A DNA stretch of 64,000 nt, from assembly GCA_951406725.2 (NCBI GenBank), contig OX597815.1, positions 147,808,001-147,872,000 of the forward strand, written 5' to 3'. A program made the position numbers and the translations under genes. Numbering within the stretch: the stretch's first letter is position 1; each line of letters opens with the position of its first letter. Below are positions 1 through 14,034 of the stretch, one piece after another. Source of the stretch: Octopus vulgaris. Lineage: Eukaryota. A model generated the notes under the pieces. That model ran no database searches, was not told the origin of the DNA, and saw only the letters and a list, made by a program, of their open reading frames with translations.

Positions 1-419
1 GATGAAATTTCCCTGCCCTTTTATTCATTCCTTCAGGACGTGATGTTAACTCACATACATATTTCTCCTCATGCATTTTGAGCACTGAAATTGTAGGAAA
101 TTCTAAACATTTTCTGAGAAAATGTACTTTCAAGTCTTTTTCAAAATTGCAGCCGTTCGATGTAAAATGTTCGGCAAGTTCCGTCGAGCTTCTGTTATTG
201 TATCTGACCTCATAACTCTCTGCATTGAATCTTTTGTTTAATTGTTCTCTTGCACAACCAACATAAATCAAGTTGTGTGTTTGGTGCATTCTGGTGCGTA
301 CACCAACAGGGAATCACTACATGTTCCATCTTCCATGTAAATCGTGGCATTTCTTTTATGATTCCTTATGGAATTGACTTGACTAATGTTGTTGCACAAT
401 TAAGAACGCTTACGACTTT

Positions 420-529
420 TCGTCTTCTTCTTTTTCTTCATCATCATCATCTTCTTCTTCTTCTTCTTCTTCTTCTTCTTCTTCTTCTTCTTCTTCTTCT
501 TCTTCTTCTTCATTATTTTTATTATTATT
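420..529. repeat. (CTT)n/(CAT)n/(TTA)n compound microsatellite
   Basis: Directly visible; produces the spurious poly-L and poly-E ORFs. Confidence 0.95.
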
Positions 530-1078
530 GAGCGAGAGAACAGTGCATGCCATCAAAGTAACACTGGAGTACAAATATACGAAGTCCAGTATACTCATCA
601 TGGCCACGCGTCTGATAAGGTACATGCACCACAACCAAATGTACGTGACATGGTGATCTCATATCAAGATAAACAACGCATATCCTTGCAGGTGGGGCCC
701 AGTTACAATTTTTCTTCAGGTCGAGTAGTCCATCATTCTCAAAAAATCTATGAATAAGGGTTCTTTAAGGATGTTGAAGAAAACACCCATTTTTCCAAAG
801 GTAAATTATCCAAACTGAACACAATTCTTTTCAGTACATGGCTATGATGCTCCCAAACTACTTTCGCTCATGATCATAGTTGCACATATCGCCAGCCACT
901 AAGGGACATGAGCAACTGGTTAAGGTCAATCAACTAACAAGCAAATCTGTGGTGTTGAGCAGAATATTTGTTGTAGCCCATCTTTTATACCAAGACAAAA
1001 CAATGTACATGATAACATTTCCAATCAGTTAAGATCAGAAGCCATGAGAGCCACTGCCTGATACTGCCTCAGGGCATT
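530..1078. mobile_element. Interspersed repeat between (TTA)n tracts, possibly a non-autonomous derivative of an RLE LINE
   Basis: Bounded by TTA repeats on both sides; segment ~705-762 recurs in inverted orientation at ~32470-32526. No intact ORF. Confidence 0.5.
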
Positions 1079-1104
1079 TATTATTATTATTATTATTATT
1101 ATTA

Positions 1105-1149
<45 letters not shown>

Positions 1150-1325
1150 GGGTGGCTTGTTGGTAGAATCGTTAGCTCGCCCGAAGCTACATTCTGTGTC
1201 GAAGTTGACTTTACCTTTTATCCTTATGGGCTCGATAAAATAAGGACTAGTTGAACATTGGGGTCGAAGTAATCGGCTCAACCTCTCTCCAAAATGGCTG
1301 CCCGTGTGGTAACATTCGAAACCAT
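1150..1325 (+). mobile_element. SINE family A (tRNA head, ...ctttcatcctttcggggtcgataaa... core), degenerate
   Basis: Matches the copies at 30111 and 60840. Confidence 0.75.
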
Positions 1326-1329
1326 TATT

Positions 1330-1606
1330 ATTTTTTTCTTGATCTTGTCATCTTTATTTTTCCTTAGTATTATATTTACGACGCGGTCTCACTACAATAC
1401 TCAGTGCAGTTCTGAGTGCCTCGGTTATATGCTGCGGTTGATTTTGGTAACGTTATTTGTCCTGTTTTGAAAATACTTTGCGAAAGATGTGTTCGTGGCC
1501 TAGTAGTGCTGTTTTCTGTACCTTATACATAACCGTAAGTCCTGGTACTTTCGTTATATATTTGTTTGTATGTTTTTCGATAATACCTAATACGCCTATT
1601 ATTAGA
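1330..1606 (-). mobile_element. R4/Dong-like RLE LINE 3' fragment
   Basis: Minus strand reads IIGVLGIIEKHTNKYITKVPGLTVMYKVQKTALLGHEHIFRKVFSKQDK* (stop ~1453), matching the QKxxLLGTAHILRKVL terminus of R4-clade ORFs; ends in TAA-like repeats. Confidence 0.8.
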
Positions 1607-1630
1607 GACATTGTTATTATATTGCTTCTG

Positions 1631-1988
<358 letters not shown>

Positions 1989-2629
1989 ATGCATCTGGAA
2001 TTTTGGTTCATCATCATCACCAACATCATCATTCATCGTTATCATCATCATCGTCGTCCTTCTTATTAGATTTTTGTTTTCGGAGTTGTTCAGCTTAGTT
2101 CCTACGGTTATGTCTGTGACAGCGGGCAACAACCTGTTGTGAAAAGTCTAACAGTGTTTCTCTTTGACTGGTAGTCGTGTAAAAATGACCGGGTCTGTAC
2201 TGATCACCCACAGGGCAACTGCCGGTTGAGAATCCGTTATCTGTAGATCCTTCCTCATTTATGCCATTCTTTTTGTTAATTCTTTTACCAACTTCTTTAA
2301 TGCAAGAGAAAGGGAAAGCTGCGAGGTGTCACAACTACCAGTATTTCTTACCGAAGCACCCTTTGTAGAGCAGATTTTCTTAAAAAAATCTATAAGGGGC
2401 CAACCTTTAACCCTTAAAAGTTTAAGTGAGATAGCCCTCGCTGGGCACCGTCTCAATATTCTGAGCTCTGAAGCTGGTGAAATATATACATGTACATGCA
2501 TATCCACATATCCAAATGCATATAGCATATACCCACATGTAGACAGATATATAAACATGCATACTACACACACATACACACATATACCTATTTATCATTG
2601 TCATTGATCACTGCCGTCTTAAGAGCTTT

Positions 2630-2855
2630 TATTCTTCCTTCTTCAAATTTTCTTCCGTTTCTCGCCGAGTGTTTTCCTTACACCTAGGGCAGAGTATCTC
2701 ATTGTATGCATTCCCAAATCACACACGCAAATTCACAGGTAAATTATGTATTTAAAAAAAGTAAATAAATTCATGAATGGATTTTGTTTTCACATCGATA
2801 ATGCTCTTCTCAGTACATGAATCGTTCCAGTTAACACGATTTTTTACACTTCCTG
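2630..2855. mobile_element. Interspersed repeat shared with 31245-31670
   Basis: About 180 bp closely similar to 31250-31430 (cattgtatgcattccca...ttcatgaatggat...cgttccagttaacacgattttt). Confidence 0.8.
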
Positions 2856-2984
2856 TAGGGATGGTAAGCCTGGTATCATTTTCAAATAGGTTTCAATACC
2901 TATTTTTATCATTCCTAGAGTTCATGCAATCACTGGTACCGTACTCGCTTTGGGATGCCACACTTTTTAAAATTTCTATTAGCA

Positions 2985-3145
2985 GCGGCATTCCGTTCGT
3001 CTTTACGTTCTGAGTTCAAATTCCGCTGATGTCAACCTAATTTTTCATCCATCCGCTGTCGATAAATTAAGTACCAGTGAAACACCGTGGTCGATGTAAT
3101 CGACTATCTCCCTCCCCCAAATTTTCAGGCCTCGCTTATGATAGA

Positions 3146-3226
<81 letters not shown>

Positions 3227-3465
3227 TACGACTAATGTGGCGAGCTGGCAGAATCGTTAGCACGCCGGACTAAAACGCTTCGCGGCATATTGCCTTTCGG
3301 TAAATTCTGTGTTCAAGTTCCACCGGCGTCGACTATGCCTTTCGTTTGATTTCGCATTTCATCCTTTTGGAGTCGATAAATTAAGTACCAGTGAAACACT
3401 GATGTCGGCATTATCGACTACACTCCTCCCCCCAAATTTTAGGCCTTGTGTCATTTGTAGAAATG
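2985..3465 (+). mobile_element. Two SINE family A copies separated by (TTA)n
   Basis: gcgagctggcagaatcgttagcacgcc head at ~3240; gtcgataaattaagtaccag core at ~3058 and ~3372. Confidence 0.85.
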
Positions 3466-3469
3466 ATTA

Positions 3470-3900
3470 TTATTATTCTTTGTCTAGTAGCTGTGGGGAA
3501 AGAGGTTGTTTGGTGGAAAAGGCTGAAAGGAATGTGTACAGATACATTTATGTTTCGTAGAGCCCTCATTGATTTCTTCAATTTACACCTGAAAAGTGAA
3601 TTCCAAATAGAGAGGGAAGTTTTGACAAGAGTGGGTCGTATTTCCCTCAGTGTAGTCTTCTATGTCGGAAAGAAGGAATTGGAGAGGGCACTTGATCTTG
3701 GTGTTCAGAGAAATCACGGACTGTGGGGTTATTCAATTATCCTTAGAAGTCTTTCTGTATCAGGAGAGTTACATGTCTATCGTCCTCCCCATCACCTTTT
3801 TATCCTTTCTTTTTTTACCTTTGTATGCTATGACTATGTTCCTTTTTAACTGTATACTTTTTTTTTCTATATCATTTCGTTATATATCAACCCACCTATA
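3470..3900 (+). mobile_element. Tx1/L1-like ORF2 C-terminal fragment and 3' UTR
   Basis: LCLVAVGKEVVWWKRLKG...ALIDFFNLHLKSEFQIEREVL resembles the Tx1/L1 ORF2 C-terminus (K..IW..R...ER); followed by a T-rich UTR. Confidence 0.6.
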
Positions 3901-3904
3901 ATAG

Positions 3905-4390
3905 CTTATAGGTGTTTCACCCGTCGCTACATTCTGAATTCTGATCCACCGAGGTCGATTTTTGCCGTTCATCCTGCCATTCAGGGTCGATAAAATAAGT
4001 ATCAGTGAAGCACTGGTATCAATGCAATTTGTTTACCCACTCTCCCGAAATTGCTAGCCTTGTGCCGAAATTTGAAATCATTATTATTATTTTTACATCT
4101 TTACGTTGTGAGTTCAAATTCCGCGAAGGCCACTTTGCTTTTCACTCTTTCGGGGTCGATAAATTAAGTACCAGTTGTGTACTGGATCGATCTACTCAAC
4201 TGGCTCCCTCCCCAAAAATTTCGGGCCTTGTAGAAAAGAATATAAGATCGGTGAGCAGGCAGAATAAATAAAATGTCGTAAAAAGTAAAGAAAGAAAGAT
4301 TTCTACTTTTTTTCCCAGTTTTTTTATTTCATGATTTCAAATCTCACCGGGGTCAACTTTGCATTTCCCCTATTCGAGATTAATAAAAAT
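3905..4390 (+). mobile_element. Cluster of three partial SINE family A copies
   Basis: Repeated ttcaaattcc..gaggtcga.tttgc / ggtcgataaa motifs. Confidence 0.8.
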
Positions 4391-5904
4391 TACGTTCAGA
4401 AAGAAGAAAATATATTTATTTGGGGCTCTGAGCAATGTAATAATTTTGTTTAAATAATGTTTTGTGGTTCATAATAGTCCTAAACTTTCAACAATTTTTC
4501 TACATAAAATTCTGTATCATATATTTTGTGTACATCATTCAACATTCTGTATATGATTTCTGGGTATATTTACTTTGCCGGCGTGTTGATATAACATGTA
4601 CAATTTTATTATTTAGCCATTTTTGTACACGTTTGAATGTTTACTCACAATCCAGTCTATGCACACATAATATTCATATCATAAAAGTACACAATAACTA
4701 TTCTTTTATATTACTTAGTCACATATTTGATACAGGATAAATTTTTGATATTACATATTGTATTTCATATATTGAAGATTCTAGTTGCAGCACGCAATAT
4801 AATCAAAATGCTTCTCCTAAATTGCCAGTAGCCATTTTCCTTTTCCATTCTTCATTTTATTTGTCATGAACATTTGTGTAATGTAAATTATTGTGCATGC
4901 TACTTGTTTCCCAAAATATATTCAATATCTTCTCTGTCTTGTATTTATAGCACAAATGCCATTTTGCCTTATTTTCATTCTGCTGACTTACGCATATTTT
5001 CAATTTCCCTAGTATGTTTGCGTAAATTTACAATTTCTTGCAATGATTTTCAAAGTTGATTTGGTCACGGACTATCGCGTCCGTTAAAGATATTAAATAC
5101 TATATTTAATGGTTTTAAATCAATCTTTGACAATAGAATATAATACCACCTTATTTAAAATTATATCCTTGTTACTATCTCTATTATTCTTCCTTATCAA
5201 TTTGAGAAACGTTCTCCTTGTACTACCATATATCAGTATTTCGTACAAGTATAATACTGATGAAATCCGTGTATTGCCCGGTGAAAACAGAAAAGATGAA
5301 ATGCCGTTGTAAATGGAGAACATGCACAAGTGGAGGGTGGAATCATCAATAACCCAAGAGATCTCTGAAACAGAAAGCATTGACATGAATTATATCTAAT
5401 TTAATAAAACCCAAACTTTTTACTCTTTGCTTTAAATATGCTGCATGGATGAAAATAATGTAACTTAGTTAATATGTTCTCTTATTTATTTTTTATTATA
5501 GTGGCAGCATCACCTACTACAAATTTCAACGATATTATCCTATGAACATTCATCCCCACCACACATACCTTCTCGTATACTGATTTTTAATAAAATCTTG
5601 CATATTTGAACGTGAATTAACTAATCGTTGGCATGTTTCGTCATGGAAGAATAACTTTCCTATTGAGCTGAATGGAAAGTTATATCACACCTGGTTCAGG
5701 TTCATTTTCATGAAAAGAACTATGAGATACCCGGTGTTTCGAATTCCTTGTGTCTCGCACAAAAAACAGCACTGGAGCACTAGTCTTAGGTATGAAATGC
5801 GACATTGTTTCCGTTATCTACATTCTAAAGATGGAGCTTTGTGTCTGTTAGAAATCAGATCCTTCTTCAGAGGAAGAATTTTAATGATCAAATACATAAG
5901 AGAC

Positions 5905-6222
5905 ATCTATCCATCCCTCCTTCCCTCCCTCCCGCCCTCCCTCCCTCCCTCCATACATACATACATACGTACGTACGTATGTACACACATACAAACATCC
6001 ATACATCCATACATCCATATACACATACATACACACATACTTACAAACATACGTACATACATGCTTACATAATCCATCCATACATACACATGCAAACATA
6101 CATTCATACATACTTACATGCATACGTATATACATACATGCATACACACATACATACATACGGTCATACTGACATACATACATACGGACATACTGACATA
6201 CACACATGCATATATACATACG
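5905..6222. repeat. (CCCT)n followed by degenerate (CATA)n low-complexity tract
   Basis: Directly visible. Confidence 0.9.
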
Positions 6223-6224
6223 AA

Positions 6225-7020
6225 CAGGGTGGTTGTCAGATTTTTGACCACCTTCTGTTCCTGCACCTTAGAATCCTCATGGCAACTGATGTGGCTATTT
6301 AAACCAGACAATATTCTGAAAAGACACCCACATACCTTGCATATCTGATTTGGAACACAGAGTGCTGCAGTTAAGTCCTTAACTTTGTGAATCTTAAATG
6401 TATTTTGAGGCCTCCCTTTGATTTGCAGACCTTCTGGCATACATTGCTTTGAAATGTGTGCACAGACATATAGGCAGATTAGTTGGTGGAGGTCCGTTTT
6501 CCATGGGTTCGGAAATGAAATTTGAGCGCAGCAAACGAATGCATGGTCTAATCCAAATTGCACACAAGGCCATTGTGATTCACCTTCTCAATCGGAACAT
6601 TCTTCTTTAAATATCTTTTGAGTCTTGTATACGTTATTCTGGCCTCTTCAGACATTTTCACTCCACGCTAAACTTTTGTTCGCCGTGCAGCACGATCCGA
6701 AGCAAGCGTTTCTATGTCCTCTGTACCCATACCAAGTGACTTCATGGTAGTCCTTATGCCGTCCTTAAACCTTTTGTTATTTTAGGTTTACCCCAATAGC
6801 GTTTCCCCTCTCAAGGTCACCTTAAACCAGCTCTTTGAGTGTGCGTTCGTCTTCCATTCGAACAATATGGTCACACCATCTCATTTGGGTTTTCAGAATC
6901 AATGCTTTAATTGAAGTGATGTCTGCAGATGCAGAGATATCTGTGTTTGGAGTAAAAGAACTTCATTTAATATTTAAAATGCGGTGAAGGCATTTTTGGT
7001 GGAATTGTTCTAACAATTTG
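6225..7020 (-). mobile_element. RTE-clade LINE 3' fragment (decayed)
   Basis: Minus strand: QFHQKCLHRILNIK...ILKTQMRWCDHIVRMEDERTLKELV.GDL...RFKD and terminal CKVCGCLFRILSGLNSH zinc finger; (TATG)n-like tail. Confidence 0.85.
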
Positions 7021-7520
7021 AAATGTGTTCTATTGTGTATATCACTGCCCTCTGAACACAAACGTTGTTCGAAAATGCAAGACAAAGAGTATCTATATGG
7101 ATCATTATTTAGGAGTTTGCAAACTAACCAAGATAAGCATTCAGGAGCAACAGGAAACCTGCGAACCCGTCAGGTGCAAAATATGTCTGAATCTGTGACA
7201 AAGGAATGCAAATCCTTAATTCAGAAACGAAAAATGACCACAATATCTGGAATCATAAAAATTTGCAAGACCTCCTTAAGATCTAAAGGTAGATGAAGAA
7301 AACAAGATGTTTTCGTTCACAGTGTTGTTATCAAGTAGGAGGCCGGTCAAAGTGTATTCTAAATGAAAAAGAGAGAAAAGATATATGTACAAACATACAT
7401 AAAAGAAGCAATGCAAGCCAAAAAAAAACCCATCATATACAAATGTACAATCACCACAACCCAAATACGCATACATAGGGGCCTCCATATACCAATTTAA
7501 GGTCCGTTGTGGCAACCATA
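7020..7520 (+). mobile_element. RLE-type LINE 3' remnant
   Basis: KSLIQKRKMTTISGIIKICKTSL resembles the (S)GTVKICKTF terminus of R4-like ORFs. Confidence 0.5.
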
Positions 7521-7554
7521 ACTCCTCATTCTGAAAGATAAGACGGAGACATTC

Positions 7555-7818
7555 AAAGAAGATTAAAGGAAGGAATAAATAAAATACGAAATAGAATGGT
7601 CAATAATAAAAAAGAAATGCACACCCATAAAATACACATTCGGCATGTGTAACTTATGCACCGAGGAAGCCTTGTGCATTCTGCTAAGCAAAGCAAACTT
7701 AGTAAACAAACATACAGAATAATACCGAGATGTCCCCACAGCGCCAAATATGCAGTTTCAAGATTCAGCACTGAGAAATAATAATAATGATAATAGTAAT
7801 AATAATAATAATAATAAT
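7555..7818 (+). mobile_element. Penelope-like element, endonuclease C-terminal remnant with (AAT)n end
   Basis: With frameshifts: EIEWSIIKK...GMCNLCTEEALCIL...LVNKHTEIIPRCPH, cf. W.I......CNLCL.EK..I...LNKR.E....CRH. Confidence 0.6.
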
Positions 7819-7964
7819 TCAATAAACACTCACCCTCTCCTCTTCCACGTATCTAATGTGCGTGTGTCGGGTTGCATTTCTGTATCTCTCTCTATATACG
7901 TATATACGCATATGTGCCTGTCCGCGTGGTTACAATGCATGAATATATGCACCTACATAAGTAA

Positions 7965-8025
<61 letters not shown>

Positions 8026-8299
8026 TGTATGTGTGTGTGTGCGCGTGTATGTGTGTGTGTTTGTGTGTGTGTGTGTGCATATATGTTTGTGTTAGTGTGT
8101 TCTTGCAAACACGAGTATATCTCTATGTATATGCAGTCGAGTATACGCATGTAAATATATTCAAATGTGCATGAGTGCATGTATGTAAGTACATGTACAT
8201 ATACGTATTTGTGTGCATGTGTGCATATGGGTATGCATAATAATATCTGAAAAAATACTAAGTTTCCAGCATTTTTTATGGTAGAGAATTGTGAGAGGT

Positions 8300-8815
8300 A
8301 ATATTGTATGAGAGAGTGAGTTCAATAAGTATTCCAGTTCCGAACGTTATGAAATACGTGTTATGGTTAAATTACTTAATACAGTTATAATATTTAGAGG
8401 AAGATTTTTTTTAAATGTTTTTTTTTTTAATTGCTGTTGGAAATAGTTATAATATTTAGAGAAATATTATTTTCTATATGTTAGGATTTAGAAAAAAAAA
8501 AATATATTAAGAATACCAGAAGAGTCATTGAATATTAAGGGAATGGTAAAGTATGAGGAATAGTAGAAGTGTCATTCAATAGAGAGAGAGGTGTTCGGGG
8601 AGGTAAAATTATATATCGATCATGTACCGGACAATATATATGGATGTGCTTCCGTTTTAGAGCCACCGGGTTCATTTTTAGTATTCTCGTTTGTGAGAGC
8701 AGTCGATTATATTTCAGATTTTCTCATTTTAAAAATCATCTCCGGTTAATCGATGAGAGGACGTTGATCTTGCTTTGGCGGATATTTGCGCTCACTGAGT
8801 GCTCATGATATTATA
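8300..8815 (-). mobile_element. Decayed Penelope-like 3' remnant
   Basis: Minus strand ...RILKMNPVALKRKHIHILS resembles PLE ends of the type AI...P.LC.QK....L.LPW; heavily mutated. Confidence 0.35.
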
Positions 8816-8853
8816 GATGTTTGTGTGTGTGTAAATTTATATACAAATATATG

Positions 8854-8909
<56 letters not shown>

Positions 8910-9644
8910 TATTATACTATATTGTATTATATTATATAATTGTTTGCATATGTATATATATATATATATGAATATATATATTTATATATTGGCGTGTGAG
9001 TTTATGCGCATGCGTGTGTGTATATGTCAGTAGATATATATACCTGTGTAAGCGTGTCTATGCACACGCGACTGTCTGTGCATGTATATGCGGGCGAGTG
9101 TAGTTATGTTTATATACATTTGTAACCACTCACGGAAAACAAATCAGCATGACTAAGAAATGAAATACCAATCCCTTTAAAATGTAGACAACAGTACCAG
9201 AATAACTGTCCCACTATATCTACACAATGAAAGCATTTTTGTCAACGTCCCTTCAGCAGCCAAACATCATGATAAGCTTCGTAACTGCTACTAAATTGTG
9301 GTCACGACAGACAGATTGGATGTTCTTGAAGCCAAAGATTATAAACTTATGGAGACAATAATTACAAACCGCTTCTGGAAAAACAACCGGAGCACATGAT
9401 GCAGGAAAATCCTTGTATAATCAAGTACCTGCACACCTGGAGGACCACATCGTGTGGAAACAATTGTAGTTATGAAAAAACAAATGCCCATTGGTACATG
9501 TTTTTGAAAACATCCAATGTTTTCAATTACGAATTCACAGATGGAAGATTCAGAAACCTGGAACTACTGAATAACAGAGGGTAAATCTGAAGGCGTACGC
9601 GCTTTATAATGAACTTTACTAGGTTCTTAAAAGAATATACCATA

Positions 9645-9694
<50 letters not shown>

Positions 9695-9743
9695 TACATA
9701 TATACATATATATACATATACAAATATACATACATACATACAT

Positions 9744-9775
<32 letters not shown>

Positions 9776-9831
9776 GTATACATATATATATATACATATA
9801 AATATATATATATATGTATACATATATATAC

Positions 9832-9975
9832 AACAACCAGGTGTATTTGTTTAACGCAGGAGAAGGTGAGAAAGTCTTTTACGCTTCGAATCTACGCTCT
9901 TCAACAGAAAGGAACACGAGGAAATAAACAGAGAGATAATTAAAGAAAAAGCAACTTTTGGAGCTAGCGGTCAAT
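9832..9975 (-). mobile_element. PLE terminal repeat (pLTR) fragment with degenerate hammerhead-like motif
   Basis: Minus CTTT-CTGTTGA-A-GAGCGTAGATTC-GAAG-CG-TA-AAAG; homologous to 17330-17485, 23855-24035 and 37370-37480; abuts (TA)n. Confidence 0.65.
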
Positions 9976-10439
9976 ATATACACATGCAGGCATGCACACA
10001 CATACACTCACACATATATACACATATACAGTATATACTGGGTCAAACTCGTTGAAATCAGTGGTGTCATGGAATAATGCTCTTGTCAGTGATCCTGAGA
10101 TATAAACACCCAGCGACTTACGTTGGGCTATAACTTGACTGATTGCGCATTCCTTATGTGTTTGATAGTCACACGCTTGATAGATTTACAAAGCAACTTG
10201 CTTTTAATTTTCACTCAATTAGTATTGGAGGTATGACAAATTTTTTGTGTGTTAAAATTGTTTAAACATTTCTTTTAAAAACTTTGCAATACATATATAT
10301 TGATTACAAATTGTAAAGCTCAAAACGAATTTAAAAAAGAAACAACATGTGTTTCTGTGCTATCCCATAATGAATTCGAAACTTTAAGCATATAATTAAA
10401 AATTTTAAGCATGTAGTTAGACATTTTAAACATCAAGAG

Positions 10440-10718
10440 TGGAGGTGGGTGCGACTGAAGAGAGGAAGTAGGTTTCAGATTAAGAGAGGAAAAGAAACGG
10501 ATGAGTAGAGCGGTGGGGAGTCAGTGGAGGAGAGGAGGGGAGTTTGAGCCCATGTGGTGCAAAACAGTCCGCTGTGCTAAGACAGTCCAAAAATAGATAG
10601 ATGTAGTGAATGACCGATAGAGCGGAAATGGCGCGAGACCGAGGTATCATTGCCGAGTCTGATGTCACGGAGGTGTTCCGCGAACCGGTCAGCCAAGCGG
10701 CGTCCCGTTTAACCGATG

Positions 10719-10720
<2 letters not shown>
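10440..10720 (-). mobile_element. Penelope-like GIY-YIG fragment
   Basis: Minus: NIG*TGRRLADRFAEHLRDIRLGNDTSVSRHFRSIGHSLHLSIFGLS...FAPHGL; starts at a (TA)n tract. Confidence 0.85.
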
Positions 10721-10802
<82 letters not shown>

Positions 10803-11929
10803 TAGAATGTGTGTGTGTCAACGAGAGAGGGAGAAAGAAAGAGAGAGTGTGTGTCAAATAGGGAGGGAGAGAGAGACAGAGACACACGAATAGTTGGATC
10901 AACATACACGTATTTTATGTAAATTCATTCTTCATATTTTGACGCCTTAAACTGAGATGCCTGTTATAATTTACTCTATTTCAATAACGGCAAGTCCTTA
11001 ATAATGAATGCTCTATTGACAGAACTGCTGAATGTTATGACACCTTTCTTCGTATAAGTGTTGTATAACGGCTAATGAGTACACACTCTAGTGTTTCCAT
11101 ACAGCTGCTCATCTGTTCTATTTATCGTATATCACTGAACATAATAAGCACTACTTCTATAATTTATTATATTAACGAAATTTCCCTCCGGTAACGCAAA
11201 CTGATTGTATTTCCATCACAATAAAATTATGTACCATTGTCACTACTTTGAATAATAAAATATATTTAACGAATATAATTTATATATACTCGTATAGAAC
11301 AATTTTTCTATATCCTACAAAAGCCTTGATGGATTAATAGTTTTGAACGATCATTAGAGGTGATGCAATACAAATTCCTCAACACACTCCTAAATAACTA
11401 TTTATACAACTGCAGTGGGTCTAAAGTATCATAGACAGTTCTACCTTAAATACATATATACGGATTAGTGTTTGTGTGTGTAAATATCCCCGGCACTTGC
11501 GGTTCTCTTAAATGCAGTAGGCATAGCTAACGGTAAATCAAAATAAGCAGAGAGCCCTAACCAAAATTTGGTATCTTCATTAATAGATGCAGAGGAAACA
11601 GTATATGTAAACACTGTATATACAACTCCTCTGCAGTGGAGCGCAAGAAAATAGACTGGGAGACAGGTGAATTTACATTACCCTTCATAGTGTAACATGT
11701 GATAGCAGCATTTAAGATCGCTTAAAATATTTTGTATAATTTCTATCGTAGGAAAGGTAAAATTAAGAACTTTGAAGGATTTTCAATTCATATTTTAAAA
11801 TGCATCGATTTTGTCGCTCTCTAAAAAAGATTCTAGAATGTCTTAGTATTTTTTAAAATTTTAATATAATTATGACCGGACATTATCCGACCGTATATTT
11901 TGTAGCAATTATATGGTTTACAGTTTTCT

Positions 11930-12300
11930 TTTACGGCACTCTGTCGGTTACCGCGATGAGGGTTCCAGTTGATCCAATCAATAGAGCAGCCTGGTCGTGA
12001 AATTAACGTGCAAATGGCTTAGCACTCCACAGACACATGTACCCTTCACGTATTTCTCGGGGAGATTCAGCGTGACACAGAGTGTGACAAGTCTGGCCCT
12101 TTGAAATACAGGTACAACAGAAACAGGAAAAAGTGAGAGAAAATGTACAGAAATGTTCGCCACCACACCATTCCGGAGTCTCGTTGAGCTTTACGTATTT
12201 TTGCTCAATAAACACTCACAACACCCAGCCTAAGAATCGAAATTGCGATGCTATGTCTGCGAGTCCGCTGCCCTAACCACTGGGCCATCGCGCCTCCACA
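11930..12300 (-). mobile_element. SINE family C (tRNA-derived head)
   Basis: Minus 5' end GGAGGCGCGATGGCCCAGTGGTTAGGGCAGCGGACTCG has a Pol III A-box and a degenerate B-box (TTTCGATTC). Confidence 0.75.
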
Positions 12301-12479
12301 TATGGTTTACCTAAGGAGAACGATAAAAGTCGCCACTCTTGTGTATCTGCAACTAAATGTTTCTGTAAAAAAGCTGTTATTTCTTGCATTGGCTGTAAAC
12401 CTGCAGATACTGTCTATTGGCGATGACTGTTCGTTTGGAATATATAGCACCCTGCATGGAATCTTTAATTTTTAAAATT

Positions 12480-12858
12480 TTTTGCTTGTTTCACCACTTT
12501 AAAGAATTTGTAGTCGAAGGGATCGAGCCTGGTACTTATATATTTATAGGCGTGTTACTTACCAATTATTTTCTTTTTCTCAAACTGGTGAGTTCCTGAA
12601 CATAAACACACCAACACCGGATGTCAAAACGTGGGGACACAGGAACACACGCATACGCACACACACACACACGCGCACATACACACACACACATGATGGG
12701 CCTCTTTAAGTGTCAGTCAACCAATCCAATCACAAGGCTTTGGTCAGCCCGAGGCTATTGTAGAAAATACTTGCCCAAGTAACCGTGCAATGCGACTGAA
12801 CCGGGGACCCTGTGGTTGTGAAACATACTTTTTATCTCACAGATACTCCTGCGCCTAA
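12480..12858 (-). mobile_element. SINE family B
   Basis: cacaaggctttggtcagcccgaggctattgtagaaaatacttgcccaag block; internal (CA)n. Confidence 0.85.
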
Positions 12859-13492
12859 CTGTATATTTATTGAAGAATCCCATTCAATTGTCGGAGATAT
12901 TTATTCTTATTCCACGTTTCTGACACTGCTGTAGTTTTTATAACAGACGAATGGTAAAAATCTGATTTATGATATTTGTTTTATATTTAGAGCTAAAACA
13001 CTTTTTGATTGCTTCCTTGATGTATTATATTTCCATGTGTTAATTCTTCTTTCCTATTCTAGCCTGTGTTCCACATAAGCCGCTTACATTGATATTATAT
13101 AAAAGACATGCTTTTACCGAAATCAATATTTGTATGGTATCCATTGTCAATTAAATATGATTGAACAGAGATATTTTGAACATTTTGCAATATCTAAACA
13201 TTTAAAAGTAGAAATATTCATTGCAATGCACAAATATTTGTGTTTCTATAGGACAGTAGTATTTGAGGAAAACGATATCACCTTATAAATTCATGTCAAA
13301 ATATGGCCTATGCAATTATCAACTAATTTGTCTTTCATTTGTAAATATAATACAACTGTTCAAATAATTATACTAAAAAATCCCTCAGACGTAATGACGA
13401 CTGCATCTCATTCCTTATATGACATAACTATACTAATATCAAAATTCACACGCTGTAACATTGTGTTTTCCTGATGTGTGTAGGGATATAAA

Positions 13493-13777
13493 TCATATAA
13501 ACGGCAGTTTGTCTGTGCGTGTTTCTGTGTGTCTGTTTTCTCGTACCCTCACCCTGACCACGGCTTTCAACCGATTCTGATGAAACTTGACACACACATA
13601 GCCCAATGTCATAATTCAAAACTAACGCAGCGAAAATCTCAACCTTTTTTTACTCTCAAAAAAAAATTTACCATAATTTTTTTTCCATTTTTTTGCTATT
13701 TTTTGGCTATAACTCTCTAAAAATGCTTTATAGTTATTTCCCTTACAAACCTGAGCAACGCCGGGCGATACTGCTAG
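13493..13777 (+). mobile_element. Non-autonomous Helitron-like element
   Basis: A|TC start, (GTCT)-like tract, ccgattctgatgaaactt block, subterminal hairpin cctgagcaacgccggg and CTAG|T end. Confidence 0.7.
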
Positions 13778-13941
13778 TAAATCATATAAGGGGATAATTT
13801 AGTAACAAAGTAAAACATCAAAATAGACAAACGCCACAAAGCAGATATAGACATCCTATATACCACTCTGTCACTGGTGGTCCAACTGTAATTTCGTTCT
13901 ATAAAGACATTGTACATATCATTTGAATACCTCATTCTCAT

Positions 13942-13977
<36 letters not shown>

Positions 13978-14034
13978 GTATGTATATGTATGTGTATGGA
14001 TGTATATATGTGTGTGTGTGTGTGTTGGTTATTC

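Noticed and set aside
12230-12300. tRNA gene
   Set aside because: A/B boxes belong to a SINE head, with no intact cloverleaf; the same applies to the family A and B heads.
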